Counted from the first letter of the stretch, positions 20,114-31,466 are shown. The stretch is 64,000 bases of DNA from Bdellovibrionales bacterium (GCA_965262715.1 OZ253553.1:1504001-1568000); one strand, 5' to 3'. Notes: a model not told the origin generated them from the sequence alone. Program-made: numbers and translations.

Positions 20114-20434
20114 ATGACAGCAGAAACATCACATCACATAACATCTTTTAAGACTTATGCTGTAGTGTATATTTCTCTCCTTGTACTTACAATCATTACA
20201 GTCGCAGTTTCAAGAGTTGACTTAGGTATGAGTTTTATGAATGTTATTGTTGCCATGCTCATTGCCTCTATTAAAGCTATGATTGTTGTTTTATGGTTTA
20301 TGCATCAAAAATATGAATCAACACTAAATAGAGTCACCTTCTTTTTAGCCTTCTTTTTCGTATTTATATTCTTTATTTTTAGCGCGATAGACGTCTTCAC
20401 AAGAGACTTTTTGATCAATACTTTTAAAAACTAG
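20114..20434 (+). CDS. ctaF: cytochrome c oxidase subunit IV
   Basis: Three TM helices, 'IASIKA..V.LWFMH' motif. Confidence 0.88.
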   Translation: MTAETSHHITSFKTYAVVYISLLVLTIITVAVSRVDLGMSFMNVIVAMLIASIKAMIVVLWFMHQKYESTLNRVTFFLAFFFVFIFFIFSAIDVFTRDFLINTFKN

Positions 20435-20541
20435 CTTCAGATTTAATTTTTACAAAGCCTCAAAAGGTCATTGCCAAAAGTTCACATCATTTGACCTTCA
20501 TTTAAAACCAATGTTAAAAAAATAAGAGAAAGGAATTATAG

Positions 20542-22685
20542 ATGTCCTACAGATTTTATATTCTAGCCACTATAGCTGTATGGCTACAACCTTTCTATTT
20601 GCAAGGGCAAATTAGGCAGCATTCCAATCCAGATTATTTAGAAATTCTCCTTGGAAATAAAGATGTACCTCTTTTTGTTTTAGGACAAGAAATCCTATCC
20701 TCTCAAGATGTGCAAGCATGTTCCTTAGAAGATGTAAATCAACTCAACACTTTTCAACCTAATGTTCTGCATCAAAACCAAACAAAAAAACAGCCAACAA
20801 CACCATCAAGACAAAGATTTGAAAATCTTTTATTAGGTTTCCACTAAAAGCCTTAAACAAGCCTATGGCCATAGGTGCTTCTGTTATTGATTTTTCAGAC
20901 AATGACAACCCCTATTTTCAAACTCCTCTTTTTAAAGAAATGATGGGAAGATACAAACTTTCAGTCCTCTCAACAATAGAGATTCGATCCAAAATTATAT
21001 CCTCTAGTGATGGAGGATGCCTGTTAGTTTTTGTTTACTGTCCAGAAAGATTCAACTGTTCTCATTATATTATATCACAGGCCTCTGTTCTTGGCTTATC
21101 TGTAAAACATCAAGCACTGATTATTGATCCCAATGAAATTGGAATTCATTTAAAAGACGATATTTATTCAATAAGACCTTACTCAACCACTTTTTTTCCC
21201 TCAACACTATATTTAACTTCAAAAGACCATAAAACTTATCTCATTGACTTTGATGAATCCACTTTGATTTTTGATGTGGTTGCAACAAGTGGATGGCGAG
21301 GTCCTGATCCTCGTCCAGAGGTTACAACACGCTGGTTTTTAAAATTCAATCTTGTAGAGTCAGAAAAAGGCTTTCAAAGCAGACCCCCAACAGAAGGTAT
21401 TGGATACCTACTAAATATTCCAAGATTTCAGCAAGCTAGATCAAACATTCCTTTACGGATACTTCGACAGAGAATATTTAAAGATGGCAAGATAAGACCT
21501 ATCAAATATTATGTGAAAAATTTCCCATTAGAATTCCAGGAAAGTGTACAGAGAGGCTTTGAATATTGGAGGTCTTTTTTTACCTCTTTTATAGGTCATC
21601 CTCTTCTATTCTATGATTTTATTCAAGGAGATTTTGATGGACAACAAGAGATTATAGCAGGAGATATACGATTTAATGTACTGGAATGGGTTTTCTTTAA
21701 ACAAAACTATGAGGGATCTAACAATTATATTCACAATCGCTATACAGGTGAAATTTGGTCATCCAATATTATCATTCCAGGACATCAGTTAGTAGAATTG
21801 CATCAAAAATGGTTTGAATACAGTCAATTTGTAAGAACTCTTATGTCGACACCTATTTCAGAACTTACAAACTCGACTATTCCTCTCAGAAGTTTATTTG
21901 GAGAATCTTTCCAAGCACCTTATAATGAAAAAAGACCTTTATATAGAAATATTCATCTGCCTTTATCTCCACCCAAAGAAACTTTTAACAGCTATATGTC
22001 AGGTTCTATTAAAAACTTGGTGGCTCATGAAGTAGGGCACAGCCTAGGATTAGGCCATAACACCAAAGCAAGCCTTTTTGCAAAAGGGATTTACGCAGGA
22101 AATTCACAAATGGATGATTTTATGGCACAAGATAACCACAAACCTATTTCAGGTGAATATGATAGAATGGCACTAGCTTATGGCTATTTAGGGACCCCGC
22201 CAGAAAGGACAGATATGTTTTGTGACCTAAGCAACCCATCACCTGAATGTCAAGCAGATGATCAAGGTGCTCACCCACTTCAAAATGCAGGAGCGCAATT
22301 ACAACAAATTATCCACCTGCTCACAACTAGAAGTCATCCTCAATCCCCTCCCTATCTAAGATGGAATATAGAGGTTCAAGATCGTTTCCAAGACGAGTTA
22401 AATATTATTTTATCATTTTATCTCTCAGCAGACACTCATTACGATCAGCTTCAAAGTGTTTTAATAGATGGTCGCAAACCAAGAAATCCACAAGAAGTCA
22501 AAGATTTAGTTAGAGATGTTTTATCTGATACTTTTTGTGATCTAGGGCCTAACAATGCCTTAAATTTAAAAGGAACTTATCAATATTCCAACCCTTATGA
22601 TCGTCAACTTCAAAATAATGTAAGGTCTTTTTTTCAATGGTCTCTTCAGTCTATTAGACGTTACATAAAAGACTTTCGATGTTAA
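20542..22685 (+). pseudogene. secreted zinc metalloprotease (HExxHxxGLxH), frameshifted near 20828
   Basis: Signal-peptide ORF 20542-20847 and ORF 20865-22685 (HEVGHSLGLGHN) join if one T is added to the T run at 20828-20831. Could be a sequencing error. Confidence 0.6.
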
Positions 22686-22824
22686 AAATTACAATGTTAG
22701 AAGCTATTTCAAAAATATTTTTGTCAATAGTTAAAAAACTAGCTTTAAAGAATTATTTTTAAGATAGTAGAAGCATCTCACGCATTATTCATATTTATTT
22801 CTTTAAAAACACAGTTTTTATATT

Positions 22825-23742
22825 TTACAATAAAAGTTCAGATGCTTTTGAAAGGGACAATTCATCCTTTTTTTCTGATTCTGATAGCACTTCTCTTATC
22901 TCTTGATATTCTATTTCTTTAGATTGCAACCTGATTTTTAAGCGATCTCTTTCTTTTTGAACTTTTTCTAATTCAGCTTGATATGTCTTCAGCTGAGAGG
23001 CTTGAGTTTCTAACTGAATAATTTTTGCATCTTTCTCTTGAATTTGTTTTTGATGATGCGCCACTGTGTCTAAAGTGTGTTTAAGCTTACCAGAAAATTC
23101 TTCATGGAGTGATTTTACACTCTGCTTACATGATTGGACTTGACTTTGACTTAAAGAAAGCTGTTTGTAAGCTTCCATCTTTTGAGATTCTATGTCTGAT
23201 ATTTTTTGTTTTTGCATTTGTGATTTCTCATTTAAGTCTTTCCAAGACTTATGAAGCTCTGTGTATCTTTTTTCATGGTAATCTACAAGGGAGATGAGAT
23301 CTTCTTGGGATTGTGTTCGCAGATTTGTAGAAAGACCTTTAAAGTGTTCTATTTGTTTTTGATAATATTTAAGATTTTCTTTTTCTTTTAAATAAATTTG
23401 ATATAGGGAAGCATATTTTTTTTCTGATTCTATAAGTTTAGCTGACATTTTTTTTAATTGAGAATGAACCTGATTTTGATTAGAACGCAAAATTTGTATT
23501 TCATCATCTAGAACACCTAGTTTTTCTTTTCTTTGATGATTGTTTCTTTCAGAGAAGTTCAATCTAGCTTCTAGATGAGCTGTTCGTTTTAAAGCTAATG
23601 ACAACCGGTTCATTAAATCTGTATTTTGAACAACAGCCATTTCAACAGCTTGAGAACCATCCATTTTATCTAAAGACTCCGGTATAAGTTTGGGTGGCAA
23701 CTCATTTGGAAGAGGGATATCTTTTGTTGTATTTCCTGTCAC
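22825..23742 (-). CDS. coiled-coil hypothetical protein
   Basis: 305-aa ORF, heptad-rich, GGAG RBS before GTG. Confidence 0.7.
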   Translation of the reverse strand: MTGNTTKDIPLPNELPPKLIPESLDKMDGSQAVEMAVVQNTDLMNRLSLALKRTAHLEARLNFSERNNHQRKEKLGVLDDEIQILRSNQNQVHSQLKKMSAKLIESEKKYASLYQIYLKEKENLKYYQKQIEHFKGLSTNLRTQSQEDLISLVDYHEKRYTELHKSWKDLNEKSQMQKQKISDIESQKMEAYKQLSLSQSQVQSCKQSVKSLHEEFSGKLKHTLDTVAHHQKQIQEKDAKIIQLETQASQLKTYQAELEKVQKERDRLKIRLQSKEIEYQEIREVLSESEKKDELSLSKASELLL

Positions 23743-23930
23743 TATTTACTTTCTCCCTTTATTTCATTATTTCTTGTTTTATCACACCTGGTCAAATCTC
23801 TTATCCTAAGATTTTAACAACTTAAAAGATTTAAGATCTTGCGCTTCTTTAATATATATTGTAATGATTAGCTCTCTTTATGGAATTTATAAGAATAAAT
23901 ATGAAATAATTGTTAGAATAGGAGGTTCAT

Positions 23931-25010
23931 TTGGAGATTTTTAAGGTCATTGAAAAATATGGAGAGCATGAACAGATAGTCTTTTGTCGTAATAAAGAGG
24001 CAAATTTAAAAGCAATTATAGCAATCCATAGTACAGCATTAGGTCCAGCTTTAGGGGGTACCCGTATGTGGAACTATGACTGTGAAGAAGATGCCCTTAT
24101 TGACGCTCTTCGTCTTTCAAAAGGTATGACTTATAAGGCAGCAGCTTTAGGGTTAAATATAGGAGGAGGAAAAGCTGTTATTATTGGCGATTCCAAAACA
24201 ATGAAATCTGAAGCTCTTTTTCGCGCTTTTGGCCAATACGTGAACAGTCTAGATGGTCGTTATATCACTGCAGAAGACGTCGGGATATGTGTTGAAGATA
24301 TGGAATATGTGGCTATGGAAACACCTTGGGTGACAGGTACAGCAAAGGAATTGGGTGGCTCTGGAGACCCTAGCCTTCACACAGCCTCTGGCGTGCTTTT
24401 TGGTATAAAAGCTGCCATTCAACATAAGTATAAAGCAGAAAGCTTAGAAGGAATGACCATTGCCATTCAAGGCCTGGGTCATGTGGGCGCAAATTTGGCT
24501 CTTCAGCTTTATAAAAGCGGGGCAAAGTTGATTCTAGCGGATATTGATACTGCTCAAGTGAAAAAGGTTGCAAAAAGGACTCAAGCTCAAATTATAGACC
24601 CTCAGGAAATTCTCTTTGCAGATTGTGACGTTTTGGCTCCTTGTGCTTTAGGTGGAATTCTTAATGAAGAAACTATACCAAAGTTAAAGACAAAGGTGAT
24701 TGCGGGAGCAGCTAACAACCAATTAACCCATGAAAAGGATGGACAGTTGCTCTATGATAGAGGTATTTTGTATGCTCCTGATTATGTGATCAATGCAGGA
24801 GGCTTGATCAGTTGTACTGCAGAATATGAAGGATACTCTGCTGAAAAATCTAAAACCTATCTTAAGAAAATCTACAATAATTTATTACATATTTTTCAAA
24901 TATCAGAGGAACAAAAAATAGCCTGTAACTTAGCTGTTAATAAGGTTGCTGAAGACCGTATAAAAAGCATAAGAAACCTCAACCATTTTTATAAAGATTC
25001 AACACTTTAG
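23931..25010 (+). CDS. Glu/Leu/Phe/Val dehydrogenase (leucine dehydrogenase-like)
   Basis: GPALGGTRM, GGGKAVI, ITAEDVG, GAANNQL, PDYVINAGG. Confidence 0.95.
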   Translation: MEIFKVIEKYGEHEQIVFCRNKEANLKAIIAIHSTALGPALGGTRMWNYDCEEDALIDALRLSKGMTYKAAALGLNIGGGKAVIIGDSKTMKSEALFRAFGQYVNSLDGRYITAEDVGICVEDMEYVAMETPWVTGTAKELGGSGDPSLHTASGVLFGIKAAIQHKYKAESLEGMTIAIQGLGHVGANLALQLYKSGAKLILADIDTAQVKKVAKRTQAQIIDPQEILFADCDVLAPCALGGILNEETIPKLKTKVIAGAANNQLTHEKDGQLLYDRGILYAPDYVINAGGLISCTAEYEGYSAEKSKTYLKKIYNNLLHIFQISEEQKIACNLAVNKVAEDRIKSIRNLNHFYKDSTL

Positions 25011-25198
25011 ATGATGAACTTTTATTGTAGGTATTGTTCTAAGAAGACTCTTACTTGCATAAAAGCCATTTTTATGTTTATGTATATGAAGGCTGAAAAA
25101 TAACAAACTAAGTTATATAGAATGTGTTTAATTCAATTCTTGAAAATATTTAAAATTAAGTATAATTAAGTATAGAAGTCTAGGGGAGATATTTTGTT

Positions 25199-25396
25199 AT
25201 GCCAAAAGCTAAAAGTCATTCAGGTGCTTCCAAGAGATTTAGCCTATTAAAGAGCGGAAAAATTAAACGTAAGCAGAAAGGCAAACGTCATATTCTTTCT
25301 AAGAGATCTTCTAAACTCAAACGTCAACTCACACGTACAAAATATATCCATGCTTCTGATATGGATCGTGTCTCTCGTATGTTAAGAGGTGCTTAA
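25199..25396 (+). CDS. rpmI: 50S ribosomal protein L35
   Basis: MPKAKSHSGASKRF. Confidence 0.97.
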   Translation: MPKAKSHSGASKRFSLLKSGKIKRKQKGKRHILSKRSSKLKRQLTRTKYIHASDMDRVSRMLRGA

Positions 25397-25741
25397 ATGA
25401 GGGTAAAAACGGGAATCACTCGAAGAAAACGCCATAAAAAAATTCTTAACCGAGCAAGTGGTTATTACAGTGCCAATAGCCGGTCTTATAAGATTGCTGT
25501 AGAGAAAAACGATCGCGCGCTTGCTTATGCCTACAGAGATCGTAAAACCAAAAAACGGAACATGAGATCCTTATGGATTCTTCGTATTTCAGCTGCCGCA
25601 AAGAACAATTCAATAAGCTACTCAAAATTAATGCACCGTTTAAAATTATCTTCTATAGCTTTAGACCGCAAGTCATTAGCAGATATAGCAGCAAGAGACC
25701 CAAAGGCTTTTTCTCTCTTAGTTCAAAAGGTTATGACTTGA
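25397..25741 (+). CDS. rplT: 50S ribosomal protein L20
   Basis: MRVKTG...AYRDRK.KKR..RSLWI.RI. Confidence 0.98.
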   Translation: MRVKTGITRRKRHKKILNRASGYYSANSRSYKIAVEKNDRALAYAYRDRKTKKRNMRSLWILRISAAAKNNSISYSKLMHRLKLSSIALDRKSLADIAARDPKAFSLLVQKVMT

Positions 25742-25742
25742 A

Positions 25743-26801
25743 GTGAATGATGGATCTGACACATCCTTTCTTAAGTTTGAACAGCGTAAATCTCAACACA
25801 TTCAGCTTGCCTTAGAATCTAAGAACCAAGCTATTGGACTTTCAGATTTCGATAAGATCACTCTTCCGCACAATGCTCTTCCTGATATAGACTTTCAAGA
25901 TATCTCTTTAGAAACCTCTATTTTAGGAGAAATAAGACCTACACCTTTTTATATTTCTGGTATGACAGCTGGTCATAAAGATGCTAATAGCTTAAACCAA
26001 GTTTTTGCAGAGGCTTGTAGAAAAAAAGGTTGGATTTTAGGTGTGGGCAGTCAACGTCGTCAGCTTTCAGATCCAGCAGCTCATAAGGAATGGGAACATT
26101 TAAAAGATTCATCTAACAATCTGACTTTGCTCGCAAATATTGGCATTACTCAACTCATCCCTCTTGTAATAACAGACCAAATATCCAAACTTTTAAATTT
26201 AGTTGAGAGTTTAAATGCTAAGGCTCTTGTCATACATACCAACCCTCTTCAAGAGGTTTTGCAGCCCGAGGGGACCCCTTATTTTAAGAAGGGTTTGGAA
26301 GCTATCAAAACACTATGTGAAAAAGTATCTGTACCTATCATTCTTAAAGAGACAGGTTGTGGATTTGCAAGACACACTTTAGAAAAACTCAAAGGCATTG
26401 GTCTGGCAGCAGTGGATATTAGTGGTCTTGGCGGCACTCACTGGGGCCGTATTGAGGGACACCGCTGTCCTAAAGATTCTTTGCATTTTAGGGCTGCTCA
26501 GACTTTCTCTTCATGGGGACATTCAACGGTGGCATCTATCCATTGTGCAAATCTTATCCAACCAGATTATGAAATTTGGGCCTCAGGAGGTGTCAGATCA
26601 GGTCTTGATGCTGCCAAGTCTCTTGCACTTGGAGCAGATGCTGTAGGATTTGCTATGCCAGCACTTCAAAAAGCTCTTTTAGGAGTAGAGTTCTTGATAG
26701 ATTGGATGTCTCAAATAGAATATGAGTTAAAGATTGCCTTATTTTGTTTGGGTTTGTTAAAGATTAAGAATATAAAGGGTATAAAAAATGATCTGTCTTG
26801 A
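25743..26801 (+). CDS. fni: type 2 isopentenyl-diphosphate isomerase
   Basis: RKSQHI, GMTAG, GVGSQR, HTNPLQE..QPEG, KETGCG, GGTHW. Confidence 0.96.
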   Translation: MNDGSDTSFLKFEQRKSQHIQLALESKNQAIGLSDFDKITLPHNALPDIDFQDISLETSILGEIRPTPFYISGMTAGHKDANSLNQVFAEACRKKGWILGVGSQRRQLSDPAAHKEWEHLKDSSNNLTLLANIGITQLIPLVITDQISKLLNLVESLNAKALVIHTNPLQEVLQPEGTPYFKKGLEAIKTLCEKVSVPIILKETGCGFARHTLEKLKGIGLAAVDISGLGGTHWGRIEGHRCPKDSLHFRAAQTFSSWGHSTVASIHCANLIQPDYEIWASGGVRSGLDAAKSLALGADAVGFAMPALQKALLGVEFLIDWMSQIEYELKIALFCLGLLKIKNIKGIKNDLS

Positions 26802-28116
26802 AGAAATAAAAGGATTTTCTAAACTCACACGCAAGGAAAGATATCAAAAGCTTTTAGACTGGAAACTTCTATCACCTGATGATATCAAACATTTAAAACA
26901 AGATTCACCTGTATCTTCTGATCTTGCTGAATACCTTATTGAGAATGTCATAGGTTTCTTTCAAATACCATTGGGAATTGTTCCTTATTTTGTTATTGAC
27001 GGCAGGTCTTACGTTGTCCCTATGGCTGTAGAGGAAACATCTATCATTGCAGCAGCCAGTAAGACGGCTAAATGGGTTAGAGAAAATGGTTTCATCACTA
27101 CAAAGTGTATAGGACAAGGAGCTATTGGCCAAATACAAATTGCAAAAGTGACTAATATTGATCATCTTCAAAAAGCCATAAAAAAACATAAGAATATCAT
27201 TCTGAAAAAAGCCAACCAATTGGCCTTACGTTTATGGCAGAGAGGTGGCGGCTTTTACGATGTCACTCTACGCACAATTCCTAGAGATCGGGATGGCAAG
27301 CAGATGGGAGTGATTCATCTTTATGTGAATACAAAAGATGCAATGGGCGCAAACATTATCAATCAAGTGTGTGAAGGATTAAAGGACTATATAGAAGAAA
27401 TCACAAATGAAAAAGTTACAATGTGTATTGTCTCTAATTTATCAGATACTAAATGTATTGAAGCCACAGTCACTTTAGAAAAAATCGATCCTGATTTAGG
27501 CTACAAGATAGAAGAAGCTTCTTATTTTGCACAGATGGATCCTTATAGGGCAGCTACAAATAATAAAGGAGTTTTAAATGGAATAGATCCCGTATTAGTT
27601 GCAACGGGTAATGATTGGAGGGCTGTAGAAGCAGGTGTGCATGCTTATGCTCATCGAGATGGCCGTTACACTTCTATCACAGAGTGGAAAATGCAATCAG
27701 GATGTTTAAAAGGTATTTTAAAAATTCCTATGTCTATTGGGATTATTGGAGGAGTGACTCGCCTGCATCCAACTGCACAGTTGTGTTTAAAGATGTTAAA
27801 AGTTACTTCTGCCGGGGAGCTTGCTCGTGTCGTGACAGCAGTTGGTTTAGTGCAAAACTTAGGAGCCTTAAGAGCCTTATCTACTGTGGGTGTGGTAAAA
27901 GGTCATATGAACCTCCATATTGCTAACTTGGCCATGACAGCAGGAGCGACAGAAAGTGAGCTTCCTACTGTCCAAAGACAATTGCAACATCAACTTTATC
28001 ATCAAAAAAAAATTTCCGTCTCTGAAGTAGAATCTATTTTAAAGACCCTAAGAACCTACAATCAGCAAAAGATGCAAAATCAACAAACCTCAAAAGTAGA
28101 AACTTCTTTAAGATAA
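26788..28116 (+). CDS. mvaA: class II HMG-CoA reductase
   Basis: ENVIG, EETSIIAA, DAMGAN, TNNKG..NG, GNDWRA, GHMNLH. Confidence 0.96.
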   Translation: MICLEEIKGFSKLTRKERYQKLLDWKLLSPDDIKHLKQDSPVSSDLAEYLIENVIGFFQIPLGIVPYFVIDGRSYVVPMAVEETSIIAAASKTAKWVRENGFITTKCIGQGAIGQIQIAKVTNIDHLQKAIKKHKNIILKKANQLALRLWQRGGGFYDVTLRTIPRDRDGKQMGVIHLYVNTKDAMGANIINQVCEGLKDYIEEITNEKVTMCIVSNLSDTKCIEATVTLEKIDPDLGYKIEEASYFAQMDPYRAATNNKGVLNGIDPVLVATGNDWRAVEAGVHAYAHRDGRYTSITEWKMQSGCLKGILKIPMSIGIIGGVTRLHPTAQLCLKMLKVTSAGELARVVTAVGLVQNLGALRALSTVGVVKGHMNLHIANLAMTAGATESELPTVQRQLQHQLYHQKKISVSEVESILKTLRTYNQQKMQNQQTSKVETSLR

Positions 28117-28435
28117 GTCATTCATTCTTGACCTTTTCTGACTAGTACTACATTGGCAAGTTAATTAGGAACTTATCTGACAAAATGAGTTTTGCACTTT
28201 ATAATTTTTCGATGCTGAACACAATGTTTATATAAGATTTTCTTATAATAAACCAGGTCTAAAAAGGGATAATTACAAGGTGTTTTAATGCAATTTGACT
28301 TAACTATTTTGATAACGAAAAGACCTCTCAACTAGTTATGAACCAAAAATATTAAGTAACAATCTTACTTAAAAAATAAACGTAACTTCAAATCGCAAGT
28401 GCAACAAGGCCATGGAAATATAAAAAATAACACTG

Positions 28436-29800
28436 ATGAAAAAAACTTTTAATTTCGTAAATCTCACTTTAATATCCCTTCTACTAACTCTTGTTTTTCA
28501 AAAAGCCCAAGCGATAACTGAATGCCCAGAGGCCTTAACACCTCCTCATCTTGTGATTGGTATAGATGGTGTTAGTTATGACACTTTTAGAAAGAGTCGT
28601 GAAGATGGCCATTTCAGTTATCTTAATTCTGTCGTTCCAATGATTTCTAGTTTTCCCTCTATTAGTGATCACAACTGGAACCGTATGCTAGGCACAGATC
28701 TTATCGAAAGTTACACTATGGAACACTTTAATCCAAATATACGAACAAGAAGAGGTATGGGGAGAAGAGTAGGTGGTCTCTATCTTCAACTCAACCACCC
28801 TCTTGTAGGTTACTTTACAGCTTTTGATGATGTCTATCCTACTGTAAGAGATCGATTAACATTAACTATTTTTGCATTTTTAAAAACGGCAGCCAAATAT
28901 TTTGTGAGAAGGATTGTCAGAAACTATCATCGTTTACCTCATTCTACACCTTCTTACAAAGTCCTTTTTGAAAACCCTGATATGATAGCACACCTTCATG
29001 GTGAAGAAGGAGCTTTAAGATTTTTAGAATATCTTGATGGTCAGTTGGTTCAGTTGATTGATCAAATTCAAGGTAGATATAACATGAGCCCTCCAATCAC
29101 TCTTCTAAGTGATCATGGTAATGCTTTTGTTGATACCAAATACATTCAATATGAAAGACATTTAGAAAATAAAGGTTGGCATTTGGCAAACACTATTGCC
29201 TCAAGTAGTGATGTGGCTATTGTGCTTTCTGAGATTCTTTCTTTTGGAGCTTTTTATACAAAACCTCATGTTGCCCGTAAGCTAGCAAATGACATGAGAG
29301 ATATGAGAGGTGTAGATATTGTGGCACACTCTCCTGCTGATAATTTTATTGTTATTTACAAGCAAGGTCAAGAAGCTCATATACGAATTGACCCTTCAAC
29401 TTCAAAGGTAATCTATTTGAGTATAAATGGTGATCCTCTAGAACAAAGACACTTATTCCAAAATAGCTGGCTTGATTTTAAAGATTATTTATTTAAATCC
29501 TATGACACAGATTATCCTTATGCAGCAGTAACCTTATGGGAAGCCTTTTATAGAAATACTTTACAACCAGCTAATGTCTTAGTGAGTACTGAGCCTGATT
29601 GGGCACTGGCAGGTGGAACCATCTATTGGTTATCTAAGTTGTACGGAAAAGTTAAAAGCTTACATGGAGCACTTCACAGAGATGCAGCAACAGGGATATT
29701 TGCTACCACAGAACACCTGCCAAATCCTGTAGTCAGTATCGATGGTGTCAGAGATTTTTTAAGAGAAGTAGACTCTTCTATTGAATCTTCTTCTCATTAA
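28436..29800 (+). CDS. secreted alkaline-phosphatase-superfamily protein (NPP-like)
   Basis: IGIDG, FPSIS, PDMIAH, LSDHG, SLHG motifs; signal peptide. Confidence 0.8.
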   Translation: MKKTFNFVNLTLISLLLTLVFQKAQAITECPEALTPPHLVIGIDGVSYDTFRKSREDGHFSYLNSVVPMISSFPSISDHNWNRMLGTDLIESYTMEHFNPNIRTRRGMGRRVGGLYLQLNHPLVGYFTAFDDVYPTVRDRLTLTIFAFLKTAAKYFVRRIVRNYHRLPHSTPSYKVLFENPDMIAHLHGEEGALRFLEYLDGQLVQLIDQIQGRYNMSPPITLLSDHGNAFVDTKYIQYERHLENKGWHLANTIASSSDVAIVLSEILSFGAFYTKPHVARKLANDMRDMRGVDIVAHSPADNFIVIYKQGQEAHIRIDPSTSKVIYLSINGDPLEQRHLFQNSWLDFKDYLFKSYDTDYPYAAVTLWEAFYRNTLQPANVLVSTEPDWALAGGTIYWLSKLYGKVKSLHGALHRDAATGIFATTEHLPNPVVSIDGVRDFLREVDSSIESSSH

Positions 29801-29854
29801 TCTAAAGACATATTTTGTTGACATTATATTTTTTTTTAAATAATATAATGTCTT

Positions 29855-31048
29855 ATGGTTTTTATAAGCTTCTTCAAAAGTATTTTTATCTGTGTAGATT
29901 TGAAGTTACAATTAATTATATTTATCAATTTGATTTTTATCAGTTCAGTCTCATATTCTGAGCCTTCATATTGTCAAAGAGCTTTAGTCTTAGAAGGACA
30001 AAATTTCAACACTGCTATTCATGTAGGTATTTTTGATGGTTTCATGGAAAATGGATGGAATCCAGATTTTGTTATTGCTAGTTGTGGTGGTGCTATTGGT
30101 GCAGCTCTCATCCATGCTATCCCGGATCCTGAAAAAAGAAAAGCCTTCCTGTTGTCAGGAGATTTTTTTAATCTTATTAACACTGTTGAATACTGTAATT
30201 TTAAGTTGCTTACCAACCTTGGTCATTTAATGGCAATAACAATTGGTATGACAGCGAGAGAGTACAGTATGCAAAGAGGTAGAATATTCATACCTCCTTT
30301 ATTTGATAATTATCTCCTAGAAGTTCCAAATAATTTTAATTCAATACCTTTACATCAAGGATTTAGTTCATTAGGAACTCGTGTTGTTATTATTGGAGCA
30401 AAGTTAAATTTTACCCCAGAAGATGTAGGACAAGAAAGTGAAGATAAAAAAATCTATCAAGAGGTTTTTTTCACTGATATTGAAACATCTGATCTACTAA
30501 GAGATATGTCATCGCCGATTGCTGTTTCTTTTCCAAACAGTGCTATTTCCTTTGATACTCAAGTTATTACAAATCAATCACTTGGAACAGCTGTAAGAGT
30601 ATCTATTTCTGATCCTTATTTAATGAATCCAGCACAAATAGACGAAATATATTTTTTAGGAGGAGCTATTAACTTGTACCCAATAGAAATAGCCTATAGA
30701 TTAGCAAATACAGTAGCAATGGTCTACCCAAATGCTCTAGACTTTCTAGGACAGAGGACTTTGGCATCTACTTTTGGTTTTGATAATAATACTAGATTAC
30801 GTAAAGTGACAAATATGTACGCCGACTATTGGTTTGATTTTTTAAATTTTGAAGCATTAGGAGATCATCGGTTTAATGTAATTGAAGTAGACATTATGAG
30901 AAACGAATTGAGGCTCAAGTTGCCAAAAGATATAGAAACCTTTAGAGCAGATATACAAGCTCAATACGAATTTGGGTATAATAGAGCGGTAGAAGCCTTA
31001 CAACAATCGCCTAACTCTAAAAATCATATAAGAGGTATAAATAAATAA
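29855..31048 (+). CDS. divergent patatin-like protein
   Basis: 'RALVLEG', 'IASCGGAIGA', 'AVRVSIS.P.L..P', 'FLGGAINLYPIE' follow the patatin layout, but the motifs are altered. Confidence 0.6.
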   Translation: MVFISFFKSIFICVDLKLQLIIFINLIFISSVSYSEPSYCQRALVLEGQNFNTAIHVGIFDGFMENGWNPDFVIASCGGAIGAALIHAIPDPEKRKAFLLSGDFFNLINTVEYCNFKLLTNLGHLMAITIGMTAREYSMQRGRIFIPPLFDNYLLEVPNNFNSIPLHQGFSSLGTRVVIIGAKLNFTPEDVGQESEDKKIYQEVFFTDIETSDLLRDMSSPIAVSFPNSAISFDTQVITNQSLGTAVRVSISDPYLMNPAQIDEIYFLGGAINLYPIEIAYRLANTVAMVYPNALDFLGQRTLASTFGFDNNTRLRKVTNMYADYWFDFLNFEALGDHRFNVIEVDIMRNELRLKLPKDIETFRADIQAQYEFGYNRAVEALQQSPNSKNHIRGINK

Positions 31049-31073
31049 CACTTCAAAAGAAACTTATAATCAA

Positions 31074-31347
31074 GGGTGGATTCAAGTTGCAAGTGCAACT
31101 CCTTGCATAGTTATTTAAAGCGGGTTAGAGGAATACTCTAATCAATCTCTTTAAATAATGAAAGGAGTATTCCATGAGCAATTACACTCATCTAACCCAA
31201 TATGAGAGATATCAGATTTCAATTCTTTTGCGAAGTGGAAAATCAATAAGAGCAATTTCAAAGCAGTTAGGTCGAGATAAAAGCACCTTATATAGGGAAG
31301 TGAACCGTAATAAAGGTTCGAGGCTATCGCCTTCAACAAGCCCATGA
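31074..31347 (+). mobile_element. IS30-family remnant (left end plus truncated, frameshifted transposase HTH)
   Basis: From ATG 31174: MSNYTHLTQYERYQI...SIRAISKQLGRDKSTLYREVNRN; another frame continues GYRLQQAHEKA. IR-like gtggattcaagttgcaagtgcaac lies upstream. Confidence 0.85.
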
Positions 31348-31466
31348 GAAGGCATTATATCGTCTGCAAAATTTACAGGGTTAAGGACTTTCATTGATGT
31401 TTATCAAAAGTTATGATAAATAATCAAAATCAATTCTAATCTAATATAGGTAAGGATCTTATTAAA

